DNA of 63,345 bases, filler included, from Sphaeroforma arctica JP610 (lineage: Eukaryota): NCBI RefSeq assembly GCF_001186125.1. It is 4 parts of 2 records of this genome, joined end to end, with 100 filler letters (N's around TTAATTAATTAA, not from the genome) between each part and the next. Parts side by side here need not be neighbours in the genome. Positions count along the whole stretch, not along the records: positions 1 to 14,731 come from NW_014040536.1; positions 14,832 to 36,867 come from NW_014040536.1; 2 more parts are not named here. One strand, written 5' to 3'. A model generated the notes under the pieces. It was not told the origin of the DNA, made no database searches, and was given only the letters and a program-made list of their open reading frames with translations. Position 1 is the first letter of the stretch, and the number at the start of each line of letters is the position of its first letter. A program made the position numbers and the translations under genes. Below, piece after piece: positions 12,649 through 25,000 of the stretch.

Positions 12649-14330
12649 TTGTTAATAAATGCAAATGATATAAATTACCAACCTTTATCCTTACTTCCCG
12701 CACCACGAGACCAACGATTACACATTGACATACAAATTAATGGCAATACATACAATGTTCTAATAGACTCGGGCGCACAACGCTCATGTATGGACACGAG
12801 TGTAGTAACTGAACTATATCTCTCGGTCATAGCGCAACCGGGTTATATACAATTAGCACAAACATATGCAAGAATACAACGCACAGGGTCAACCCAAGTA
12901 TGTGATATTAATTACGGAGGAAGGAAAACCTCCCAGTGTTTTGAAGTGTTGTACTTCCCAGACATGAAGGCACCAATACTCCTTGGTATGAAAATTTTAC
13001 TATACAATGATATATACATAGCAGGATTAATCAATCCACTTATACCAACAGATGCAAAATGGGAATCACTCCTCGCGCCACATGAAGAGGACTATGAGCG
13101 TGAATAAGAAGGTTTCAGAGCGTCACTGGTAGACCTCTTAGACACAAATCCGACCATATCTCCTGACGTACATTGCAACAAACGGACGAAAATGTACGGA
13201 AGTGGCTTACAGATGGGCACATATCCAAACAAACTACACCAACAACAGTAAATCTACGGTTGCTCTCCACAGGTGAACATGACCAAACCGGTCTCCTCAA
13301 GAAAGTAAGTACTTGTCTAGACTTGCGCGAGATCAATTACCAATATGAACAAGATAAGTTTGTGTTACTTAAAATAAAGGAAGTGTTACACAACCTACAA
13401 GGAGCACAATTCTTTTCAAAGTTAGACCTCACAGGAGGATTCAACCCCTTCCTAGTAGACGAAGCAAGCCAACACTCCTTCACACTCTCGTGGAGAGGAG
13501 CGCAGTACTCATTCAAGTCAGCGCCTTTTGGACTACACTCACTCACAGCACAAATCCAGAGAGTCATGACAAACTTGCTCATAGACATCAAAGGTGTGCA
13601 AGTGTATGTAGATGACATAGTCATTGCGAGTCTTACAGACGAAGAACACCGCAAGACAGCGCGTGAAGTAATCAAGCGACTGAATGGAGCAAACTTCCGA
13701 CTCAATCACAACAAGCGAGCCTTCGCGGCCAAAATGGTCAACATTCTAGGTGTGAAAGTAACCACACAGGGGCTCAAAGTGAATTCTGAAAAACATAAGG
13801 ATGAGGGACTGGCCACTACACAGAACAAAAAATATATATATACAAAGCGGTGAGACTAGCAAACTGTATGCGCGACCATGTCACTAACTTTGCCTACACT
13901 ACTAAACACTTCCGGAACCTAATGAAGGGAAAAATGAACCAGAACATATCCATGTTATGGACTCCGGAACTCAACAAGAAGTGGGAAGATCTCAAAGAAG
14001 CCATCGCATGCTCGGCTACCCTAGCATACCCTGTTGATGGGGTACCTTTTCAAATCATGAACGATGCTAGTGACTATGGCATAGGAGAATGTTTACTCCA
14101 AGTCATCGACGGGGTTAGGAGAGACATTCTCTACTTTTCCAAAGGCTTGAATCCAGCACAACAACGCTATGGCACGAATACCAAAGAGCTACTAGCACTG
14201 GTTTACAGCCTAGAACATTTCTCCGAATCCATCAAAGGAGGGGGATATAGCACTGTGGACATACCACAAAGCGTTCACGTAAATGAACAGTCAACAGACG
14301 TTACACCCAATGCTAGCCAAATGAATAGCA
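12649..14330 (+). pseudogene. pol: aspartic protease, reverse transcriptase, RNase H (stops, frameshifts, deletion before RT)
   Basis: ORFs 12649-13107, 13173-13853 and 13850-14524 carry the canonical Ty3/Gypsy motifs in PR-RT-RH order. Confidence 0.92.
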
Positions 14331-14421
14331 AAAAGGTATTGAAAGACGCGAACAAAACAACACATAACAGCCAAGAGTGCACCACCTTGGAAACTAATAT
14401 GTCCATAACAATCTATCAGCT

Positions 14422-14731
14422 ATGGACTGGAAGTTACACCCCAGATTCTACCAAGAAGCTGAATGACGGTTTGGAAATTCACGGTAGATCTGTTTGCATC
14501 GGCACACAATGCACATACAGATAAAGACTACACCAAAGAACAGAATGCGCTACTACAGAAGTGGGCGCTGGAAGTGAATGCATATGCGAACCCATCATGG
14601 GAACTCGTACCTGACATCCTTGACAAAGTCATTGAAGAGGCAATCAGCATCACGATATGTGTACCATACTACCCCAATGCAACGTGTTTTGGATTGCCAT
14701 CACTAGAAGAGGATCGATGCTAGTGGAAAAC
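14422..14731 (+). pseudogene. DNA N6-adenine methyltransferase (phage Dam/DIRS MT-like) domain, frameshifted
   Basis: MDWKLHPRFYQEAE*RFG, a frameshift, then KFTVDLFASAHN...YTKEQNALLQKW...AYANPSW...ILDKV...ITICVPYYPNAT. This matches the DW-x-L, DLFAS, (D/N)AL-W, NPPW and VP-x-W motif order of this family. Confidence 0.8.
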
Positions 14732-14831
14732 NNNNNNNNNNNNNNNNNNNNNNNNNNNNNNNNNNNNNNNNNNNNTTAATTAATTAANNNNNNNNNNNNN
14801 NNNNNNNNNNNNNNNNNNNNNNNNNNNNNNN
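14732..14831. other. Scaffold gap with an artificial TTAATTAATTAA linker (same at 36868-36967 and 58884-58983); plain gaps at 307-327 and 40773-41412
   Basis: An identical 12-mer (stops in all six frames) is centred in three N-runs of the same length. Confidence 0.9.
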
Positions 14832-15014
14832 AACAGACACAGACACAGACACATACACAGACACAGAAACAACACACACACGCACACACACACACACATA
14901 CATATATATAGGCATGCGAAGATATGTGTACGACTACATATGTAAATAATTAGCTTGTATTCGCACCCAAGTATCTACATTCACTGTACAGTGGCATGAA
15001 TCTACAAGAAATAC

Positions 15015-15821
15015 CTTATCAAATTTCGCCTTATCGGCGTCTAACTTTTCCTTTTCCCTTTCATGCGCCTCTCTATTGTAATTGATCTGTCGCCCGTATG
15101 AATCGGTCTGTGGTTTTTCTGCTGCCGTCCTGCCTACCCTTCTTTGGACGACATTTTCACCCCCTCTCGACTTATCATTTTCCTGTGTCTCTCTATCTTT
15201 CTCATCATGTATGGTTAATGCCTCTGAATCTCTGTGACGCCCGTCTTTATCCGACTCTGATCCCCCACTCTTTCTGCCATTCTTTTCTCTATTATTCTCA
15301 CCTAGATCTCTTTGTTCACCTGGCCTATTGTCCTCACTAATGCTTCTCCTTCGACTACCCCCGCGGGCGACTTCGTTATCGCGCAAGCTTGTATCCTTCT
15401 CGCTCCTTCCACTTTTCTTACTACCACGTCTGCCTCTGTCATCATCCGCATAGGACGGCTTATCCTTGTGCCTACGACCACTATTTTCCGCGTCATCACT
15501 CCCGCGTTTCTCTTTTCGGTACCTCTCATCACGTTCACCCCCCTTGCCCTTGTCCCTCTTATCGGCTCCGTCTCTGTTAGTACTGTCATGTCGTCTCCGT
15601 CGTTCATCTCGGTGTGGACTTATGTGTCTATTTCTGTCATAGTTTCTATCTGACCTTCTATGTCCATTTCTGTCATCATCTTCATCTGAGCTACTCTGGC
15701 GGTGTTTGTCTCTCCGTCGTGAGCTATCTCTAGAAGAACTCCTGATTTTGGTTGAGGATTTGCACCTCCCTGACTCTTCTACATCCGAGCTTCTACCTCG
15801 ATGGCGGCTTTCCCCACTCAT
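15015..15821 (-). CDS. First exon of an Arg/Ser/Asp-rich protein (likely RNA-processing factor); downstream exons lost in the gap
   Basis: Long ORF from MSGESRHRGRSSD with RS/RD dipeptides; GT donor at 15014 (AAG|GTATTT). Confidence 0.7.
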
Positions 15822-16435
15822 TGTATACGATTGTGCTACTGAAATCGATAAATCTTTTAAATGCACATCCACCGAAACAATACGACAAGCAAATAAACAC
15901 TGCTCTTGACTACAGCGTGTGCAGTGTATATTATCACAAGCGTCTCATGTATTTAGGAAAACTGAAAGCAAAAGCTTCTATATAGAACCATATTGTATCC
16001 ATAGATAATTGTTTTATAAAAAAATAATTTCTACTAGTGACAGACTGGGGTATATTTCGCCGACACACACACCTTCGTGAATCCGGTGCATGTGAGCAAA
16101 TTTTTGAGTCAGTATATATGTAAAAAAAAACCAAAAAACCAAAACACAAATAATTGAAGGCTATAGAGTACATATATGCATTGTTCTCAGTTGGCTATGA
16201 TATATATACATATTTAGATGAATAGATTACGTCCAGTGGCAGTGTCGGCGTAATGAATATTTTGATTTATAGATATATGACTATGTGACGTATAACGGAG
16301 CAGTACAACACATTTAAAAAATTTACATAGACCGAGAGCTCTACCGGTCTTTTCGCAAGGGTTAGCTACAAGCTAAATTTATGCACTTACGTGCCAGAAA
16401 TGTACAAGTCAGGTTCACAAATCGGTCTTTATTTT

Positions 16436-16527
16436 ATACATACATACATACATACATACATGCATATATGCATACTAGCTCATACATACATACACATACA
16501 CACACACACATATATATATATATACAT

Positions 16528-16562
<35 letters not shown>

Positions 16563-17420
16563 CATACACACACACACATATATATATTAGAAACATAAAT
16601 ATATAAATAGGCAGACGCACACACACACATACAGAAAAAGATACCGATACAAACACAGACACATAGGCACATATATATATATATATATGTATATTATATA
16701 TATATACATACATATACATAAATATATATATTTATAAATATATACATCTATATATTTATAAATCTATATAAATATAAATCTATATACTTATATATATACG
16801 CTTATGTGCAGATAAAGACACACACACACACACACATACGTACATACACACACACGCACATATATATTTACACATATTTACACACACACACATATATATA
16901 TACATATATATATATAAAGAAATATAAATATACATAGATACAATGTATATAAATACACACACGCACACACACTTATATATATTTAAATAAATACGTGTAC
17001 ACTCACTTACACACACACATATATATATACACGCTTATGTGCAGATAGAGACACACATACACACACAAGCACGCACACATCTATATATTTACACACACAT
17101 ATATATATATATATATAAACAAAGAAATATAAATATATAGATACAATGGATATAGATACAAACACGCACACACTTATATATATATATAGATTCATGTACA
17201 CTCACACTCACATATATATACATACACATATATGTATACATACATGCATACACATATATACATACATACACATGTATACATGCACACATACATGTATATA
17301 CAAACATACATACACACTGATATATACATGCATATATATATATATAAATATATAAGTATGGTAATATGTGTATATACTTAATATATATATATATGGAAAA
17401 GATACAGATATATATAATAA
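16436..17420. repeat. (TA)n/(CA)n/(TACA)n microsatellite field with internal duplications
   Basis: Read directly from the sequence. Confidence 0.9.
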
Positions 17421-17909
17421 ATATTTGACAAGCAAATCTTCTCATAAAACATGTATGACGTCCAACACTCAAGATCGCTAGTTCTTGCAAGCCGCTTAGG
17501 AGTGAACAGAATCAAAGTGATGGGATATTCATAATTCTCCCGTGAAAGTGCAATGAGAATATGCGTATTCGGCTGTTCACTCAAATGACTGTTGTTTCCT
17601 CATGCACACAAGCAGTGCTTATTTTATACACAGCGAAACCTCCAATATGTAAACATTCATTTCGACATCTCTAACAAAAACCCATAGCAACCAATTTTGA
17701 TCGAATTAAGTACTATATAAGAGTATCTCCTTTGTATGGAATTCGACTGGCAATCTTGATGTGGTATTGTCGAGTTGATGAAGCTTCGGCTCGAACCAGT
17801 AGTCACTTTAGCGTGCGACAACGTGCCGATTCTGTAAACGCTTTACATTCCAGACTCACATGCCGTGCACGTCTGCTCAATATTGCAAATATAGCATTTA
17901 ATAGACATT

Positions 17910-20900
17910 TTATAATTTGAAGGCCGCACTTGCATTATTTCTTCTTTCCTTTGGCGGTCCCTTAGCTGCAACAGTGCCCTTGATCTGCGATACAAATGCA
18001 AAAATTGAATCGAAATGAGAAGCCAGCGAAAACCTTGCATTCCCGATCACAGTACTCATGTGTAGTCGAGTAAAGCAATCGAAATAATCTGTCACAGGGT
18101 AGATTTGATACATTTCGGAAATAGCTCGATTCGATAAAATGAATGTCATGGATAAATCGTGATCATACAGAGACAAACATCGGCTCCTCCATTTTGCACT
18201 GACCATCGTGATTTCAACTAGAGGAACATGGAAAAATGAGAAATCACACGAATATAGACGAGCGCCATCATATACACCCCTAAATGAGTTGCATAGTGCA
18301 CTAGCACCGATGGTAGGTGATGTGGAACACTCAAACACACTATACAGATGTGACAACCGTGGGCCATATATCAACAGTATTTGATACTTACTGTCGCTCG
18401 CGCTTCGTCCTGTAGTTGTGAGAAGAAGGCTGTGGAAGACTTGAGTGCACGTGTGTCCGCAGCAGGTTCAACAGACGAGGCACCCTTGACCTTGCCCTTC
18501 TTGATGTCGCTCATCGCCGATTTCTTGTTAAGTTTGTGTGCCAACGCCGGGTTCGATCTGTAGTGCGAAGTAGTGGTAGGATTACAAAGTGTGTTATTTG
18601 TCAATGTGCATACCTGTATGAGCACATATCCCTGCTTGTGCATATCATATACGATGGACTTGGAAATGAAGGTGGCTGACAGATGATAACAGATTAAATA
18701 AAAGCACACATGGAAACCGTGCTACCCGATATGTCTGTTGCAAGATGTAGAATGTCCATGCCATACAATCACACCACAATTACATTTACCAATCGATGTA
18801 CCAATTTGTAACTATATATGTTCAAATATGTTATCTAGCAATCAGCTTCGAAAACTGCATGCATGACAACAAAAATTGTCAAACGATATGCATTTTTTTT
18901 CATAGAAATGTACTGCTGTATCTATGTTATTTGAACATACGCAAACACGTCTCTTAGGAAGTACAAAAATAACTGTATCGCGAATATATACCCAGAGATG
19001 TATGTCTAAATAAATATATCATTCTCACATACATACACATACCTATATTAATACATAAATGTAAATGCGCACACACACATATTTGATATATATAAACGTG
19101 TCTGATAGAAGAAAACGATGCACATGTAGTATTTGAGGACATGTATGAGTGTAAAGCATTATAAATGTACATTTATACATATAAAAAGATCAATACAGGA
19201 ATAGTACACAGGTGTGCGTATTAAATACACACAAGACACGTCCAAAACATTCATTCAAAAGTTTACAGAACATCTATTCAAAAGAATATAAACCACACAT
19301 ACATACACATGAACAAAAAAATGATTACTCGTAATTACTGATATATATATTCGTCCTTACACAGATACACTCACAATCATGCATCATCAAAAAGCGCAAC
19401 CTTCATATGGACAGAAACATACTTCTCCAACTTCTTCATCTTATCGTCTCTCTCCTTATTCTTCTGCCGTTTGTCGGCCTTCTTAGCCTTCCTCTCTCGG
19501 GCTCTATCACTCTCCGTCTTCTCATCGGCCCCCTTGAGCTCCTGTCTGCTCTTCCTGTACGCCTCTTCAGGCGCCAATTGCTGCACAGTGCTCGTTGCGG
19601 TGGGCAGTATCTCTTCCATAGCTAATGCGGGTTTGTTTACTATAATCTCGACGTCTTCCTTCGCTCGTGCTGGCGTGAAATGGAAGTTGGCCAAAGCGTC
19701 CAATTTACTACACAAGTGCATGTACATCTCAGTCACCTTATCCTGTGCAGCCTTAGTTTTGATAGCTGCCGCATCCGGAGCTCCTCCCACCTGTTGCATG
19801 TACTCCTCCTCATACACGTCCGCCAGACCCTTCTTGCTCTTCTCCATGTCCAGTTCGTAGTTCGCTCTCCGCGTCGTGTGTGTGGGCAAGGCTTCCTTCC
19901 TCTCAACATCGTCCCACACATCGTCTTTTATTCTTTGTCTAATCAAATCCTCGAGTGACTGTGTTACTTCTTCCGTAATCTCTGGCACCGGTTTCATCGT
20001 CGTGTCGAAATCCAAAACCTCTTGCAGTAGCGAATTTGTTTCTCTCGTCTTCGAGGTCGCCTCACCACTCATCTGCCATGACTTACTCTTCAGGTTGTTT
20101 TCTTCAATCTCTTTGATGCGCTCTCGCAATTTAGCTTGTTTCTTCTCAAACTCCGTAAGTTGCTCGCCCTCTTCCTCATCGTCGCTTAATAAATTACGCA
20201 CAGTGCCTTCCTGTTCCTGCTCTTCACTGCCAATGTCACTGTCGCTATCACTATCGCTGTCAGTATCGCCATCAACATCGTTTTTATCCTCGGTTGTTTC
20301 GTGAACCTCCTCACTTTCATCATCATGATCAAAAGCAATTTCTTCGAATTGAGCGCTTGAACCTTTGGACTTTCTAGCCAGGCCCTTCGCATCTTCCTCC
20401 AAACCATCTGGCTTGTCAAAGAAATCACTGTATGATAAACCTTTCTTGGTGGTCTGTGCGTCATCGTTTTCTTCCTCGCCCTCTGATATAAACTCTTCAT
20501 CCTCTTCCTCGCTATACGTAGCAAATAGATCAATATCGTTGTCATTGGCATTCAAAATATCCCCCTCTTCCCCTTCGCTGGCACTTTGTTTCTCCAAATC
20601 TAGGTCGTCCCCGTCACTATCACTCATCGCGTCTCCGCGCTTTTGGCGTTTATTTTCGAGTCTATCCATGTCATCTAAGAAGTTGTTCATCTCGCTCAGT
20701 TTGAAGAAATCGTCATCAGCCGCCGACTTCTTGCCTCGTTTCCGCTTCGGTTGCTGTGTATTGCTGTGACTAACATCTTCTAAGTCGTTTGCAACCTCCT
20801 CATCGTCATCGCCACTTGCCATCATCATACGCCTCCGCATACGTGCTGCGTCTTTTTCACTACTGTCACCAGTTGACATCTCCTCACTATCTACATCTTC

Positions 20901-21311
20901 ACTATCGCTTTCACTCTCACTATCCTCTTCATCATCTGCCTGGGCGATCAGAATGATCCCCTCATTATGTGCAGTTTTAAGTGTTTTCTCTGTGCCTTGC
21001 TCTAAATAACTAGTCATAGGCTCATTTTGCATCTGTAGCTCTTCCCACAACATATCATTGTCGAAGCCTTGTGTTAATAAACACTCCAGAGGTCCCGCAT
21101 GTGTATTTGCTTTGGCATTTGGATCGCGACTGACTGACTCTGATACTGCAAGGTCAAACATTTGTTGGGTCACTTTAAGGAGTTGCGCAGCGACGGATGC
21201 CTTGGGATTGACAAATACGGTAGGATCTACGAGCACATCATTGAGAACTGATTCAATTTCTTCCGACCCCAACACATCGGTGGGTACGGGCAGTGTACTT
21301 GAAACCACCAT
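17910..21311 (-). CDS. MPP10: U3 snoRNP protein Mpp10; exons 21311-19423, 18557-18392, 17984-17910
   Basis: Acidic protein with GFDNDMLWEELQMQN, DDFFKLSEMNNFLD, KSWQMSGE, PVPEITEEVTQSLEDLIRQRI, KLDALANFHFTP and LKSSTAFFSQLQ, ending FKL*. GT-AG phases are consistent. Confidence 0.95.
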
Positions 21312-22019
21312 GATTGCTGAATATGTACGCTTGTCAAGATAGAGTGGGTAATTTCTATATTGTTTTCTGAAGTGCTATATATATATATATATTTATATAT
21401 AAACCGGTAGTATTAATTTGTGTAGTTTCGGTTCTAAACACAGCCCCAATTACGGAGATGGCCACACAATTCAAAAACGCACGTCTCGACAGCAGTGTAT
21501 ACTACGAATGATCAAACTACCAGTATAGGCACACAAACGATTGAAAATCTTGTCTAACATACATACACTCTAAGGTGTATATCATGCCATTTACTGATGT
21601 GTATGATTGTATGATTGACTTCTGGTACGCACGTGTAAAAAGTTGTGACGCTGAGAATTGAGAATTTGAGAATTCTGTACTGTGCCGGCCTGTGCGACTT
21701 CAGTGCTATGGGTAGGGTAATTAAGGTCTTTTTTTTAGATTAGGGTTATTGAAGCTTTCTGTCCAAATTTGAGGTTCGGTATTAGCGCGGGATTTCGGGC
21801 TCTGGTGGAGTCGTGCTATAGATCACAAATAAATGTATGATATCTATTGAAATCAGATTTACAAGCTTCGCCAAAATAGATAAAAGAATACAGGCTGATG
21901 ATGTTCATAGCACCACTGTAACAGGTCACAACACGTTAGCTTCAGGCGGTATAACCAGAGCCATCGTTTGGGAAGGTATATTGACACTTAGTTAGAGTAC
22001 AATCGATATTTAAATCAGC
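21312..22019. promoter_or_regulatory. Probable bidirectional promoter between MPP10 and TYR1
   Basis: The two start codons are divergent and ~0.7 kb apart; TA-rich stretch near 21380. Confidence 0.5.
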
Positions 22020-25000
22020 ATGACAGGCACTGCACCACTGAAGGTGGGGATCATAGGTTTAGGAGACATGGGCATTTTGTATGCCAAGCTATTTGCAGGC
22101 ACAGGCTTAACGGTCGTTGCCTGCGATAGAGAAGAAAGATATGCAGAGTTGAAGGCTGATTTGACTGAGGTGGAAAACCTTGAAGTTGTCAAAGATGGTT
22201 TCGGCGTGGCTCGTTTGGCTGATTTGCTGATATTCTCCGTGGAGACAAGGGTGGTGGATGCCGTGGTCAAGCAGTATGGCCCAGGTACTTACAAGGATAT
22301 ATTTTATATACGATTATATACATTATCGTTCGAGTGTGTTTTATGCATGCTGTTTTTGCCATGTTCTATTGCAACAGCGACCAAAAATATATGACAAAAC
22401 TCTTTCAAAGGTAGTATTGTTATTTCCCGCGGTGATTTCTTTGTTATAATGTATTTCGGGTGTTATATTCATGGTGATACCTGGTCAAGACTCAAGAGTC
22501 ACCAAGTTTGACAATCTTCAAGAGTACTTACCGCTGGTTGTAGATATCTGCAAATATCATTTGACAAGTACCAAACGCTAGACTGGTCGTTCCACTATAT
22601 TTGCGTTGCTCTATGGCTCTGCTCGAAAGCAACTGTCCAGAAATCAGAAAGATACATTCTTGTTATGTATCTACCATCAAATAAAATTCTCGTATCATTT
22701 TAAACAGTAAATATGTGCCACTGATACTGCCCTCAAATACTACGCGTTCATTTTGAGCAGCCGTGAAGTATGGATGTATCGTTGCTGGTCAAACGTCTGT
22801 CAAGGGACCGGAGATTGACGCGTTCGACAAGTACTTACCGTCGGATGTGAATGTCGTCACGTGCCACTCACTGCATGGTCCTGGAGTATCCCCCGTTGGT
22901 CAAACAATGGTGATTTTGTAGAAAGTCGGCATTTTGTATCGACACCCGTTTACTATGGGACAAATTTTATAAATGTGATCTCTGTGGGGTCGACGGTATA
23001 CGTCAATCGTTGACGTAGGCGGCGTGTCTATTTTGGCTGTGTCTTCCTGGCAATGTCTGCATGCTCCACAGAAAGTGTAAGGTCTTAAATTTGTAGTTCA
23101 GACCGTGGTACTACATTTCGGCGTTCATATTCTGACTTTATTTGCCTCATATAATCGCGCGGCACAGGTTGTGATGCGACACCGTGCTTCGGATGAGGCT
23201 TTCGACACCGCTGTGTCTACCTACAAAATGCTGGGCTCAAAATTAGTCTTCATGTCTTGCGAGGAGCACGACAAAGTCACAGCGGATACACAGGTCGGTA
23301 TGTGGCACAAGGTGCCCCCTTGACGTGATGCTGTCATTTACGATGTTAATTATCTAGGCGTTGTGTCGTGCTATGTCCGCGTCAATCACACGCTGTGAGC
23401 GAATATGTTCTGCGGGATGACTCCTTGCCCAGATGCTGATACATATGCAACAGCGTTCAGTGTATCCTTTACAAGGGAACCATAGTACGTACAAGATTGG
23501 CGATAATAGTGATCGTACGCGGTGACCGGATACTATCGCAGACTTCACTACTGAGCAAACGTATTCTCTTGCCTGGAAGCGTTTCCATCTCGTATGGACA
23601 TGGTCGGCGTTACTCGTGAGATGGTATGCATCCTAGCACCCAAATCGCAGTATTATGCTACGCTCGTCGCTCATGCGACCTTTGCATGCGGTGAATTGAT
23701 GCCCTACTCTTATTTGTGCGCCAACACTTGTCATTTGCTCATGTGACAGTTGATGTCAGCGTAGATGATGTTGTGACACTGTTCCGTGCATTCTATAGCA
23801 CAATTTGAAATCTCATCATACGCGCTTCTACTCATACATGCCCACATATGGTGACTACGGAGCCACTTAATAGTCACACATCGGGCCGTGTTTTTTATCT
23901 TACTTTGCGACACAGACGTTTTTCATTAGACCTCCGCTCAGCGACATAGCCACGAAATATTCAATGTAATACATGCAGCATGCAGGTATACATGTTCTAC
24001 TGCACTAGTACGTCTCGTCGCATTTTATTTCACCATGTGCCGCTTGGCAACGAATACTACACGTCGACGTATGTCACTTACACGTCTTTTCCTATTCTCA
24101 CCTTTTGGACCAGGTAGCTACTCATCTGGGATTCCTTGCCATGGGTACGGCCTGGATGCACATGGGCCTATTCCCTTGGGAACATGCGGCCTTTCTAGGG
24201 GGCGTGGACAACGTCAAGATTCTTATGGCGCTGCGGATTTATAGCATGAAATCACACGTGTATTCTGGTATGTGCAGTTCGATTTAATGTAGAAGAAGTT
24301 ACCAACTTACTGAAACTTCGCCTTGGCGTCAAAGTGATTGTATATCCAAGATTATGCGGAAGTTTCACTTACACAAATTGCTACTCGATATGCACCATGT
24401 GAATTAAATGGACAGGATTGGCGCTATTAAACAAACATGCAAAACGTCAGGCACTGCAGTATTCAAAATCTGTGACAGCGCTGTTGCAGTATATGATAAC
24501 AGAGAATGAGGAAGCCTTCGCCAAACGGATACACGAGGTTTGTGTGTGTCTATGACAAACAAGGAGCCTATCTCGCTTTATTTGAACTAGTATGTCTTTG
24601 TTATCGTTATGGAATGCAGAACGTACCAATATTGGCATTCTGATTTTGTGTTGAATGATATGCTATCATGTTCCTAGTATCAGAATCATGATACTTTATC
24701 CTACCTGGAATTGTGATAAACTCAACATGCAATGAGCGAGCCGAATGCCCCATCTCGCAAAATATATAACCCTCTTTCTTTTGGGCAGTGCATTGAAGTA
24801 TTTTAAATTGGTTTTCTATAGGCCGGTGATGCAGTATTCCATAATCTGTCAGCATCAACTCATGAAATTCGCAGAGAGAGCGATCTATTGCTTTCGGATG
24901 AGGTTCTTGGAGAGTACGGATTGGGCGTGATCCCGGCGGATCAGCGCACTCCAAATTCACACCTCAGCATCATAGCTATGGTGGACTGTTGGCATCAGGT

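Larger units (their letters stand above)
8573..14731 (+). mobile_element. Degenerate Ty3/Gypsy-type LTR retrotransposon copy 2: LTR - long leader - gag - PR - RT - RNase H - Dam-like methyltransferase, running into a gap
   Basis: Zn knuckle CP*CNVMPAPHRFSQC at 12406-12453. Protease LIDSGA. RT FFSKLDL...APFGL...YVDDIVIAS. Ty3-type RNase H DASDYGIG...YFSKGLNPAQQRY...KELLALV, then WT(D)HKA in a shifted frame. The MTase follows. Confidence 0.9.

Noticed and set aside
14776..14787. TTAATTAATTAA palindrome recurring three times inside N-runs
   Set aside because: Artificial scaffolding linker. Adjacency across these gaps (e.g. IDE/CSN7 head-to-head, ARF1 next to the DUF3427-like gene) is therefore unproven.
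16381..17584. Many ORFs rich in Y/I/C/V/H/T (also 42929-43249 and 54763-55648)
   Set aside because: These are translations of TA/CA microsatellites.
19407..21342. + strand ORFs overlapping MPP10 (and similarly 15098-15985)
   Set aside because: Antisense shadows of low-complexity coding exons.
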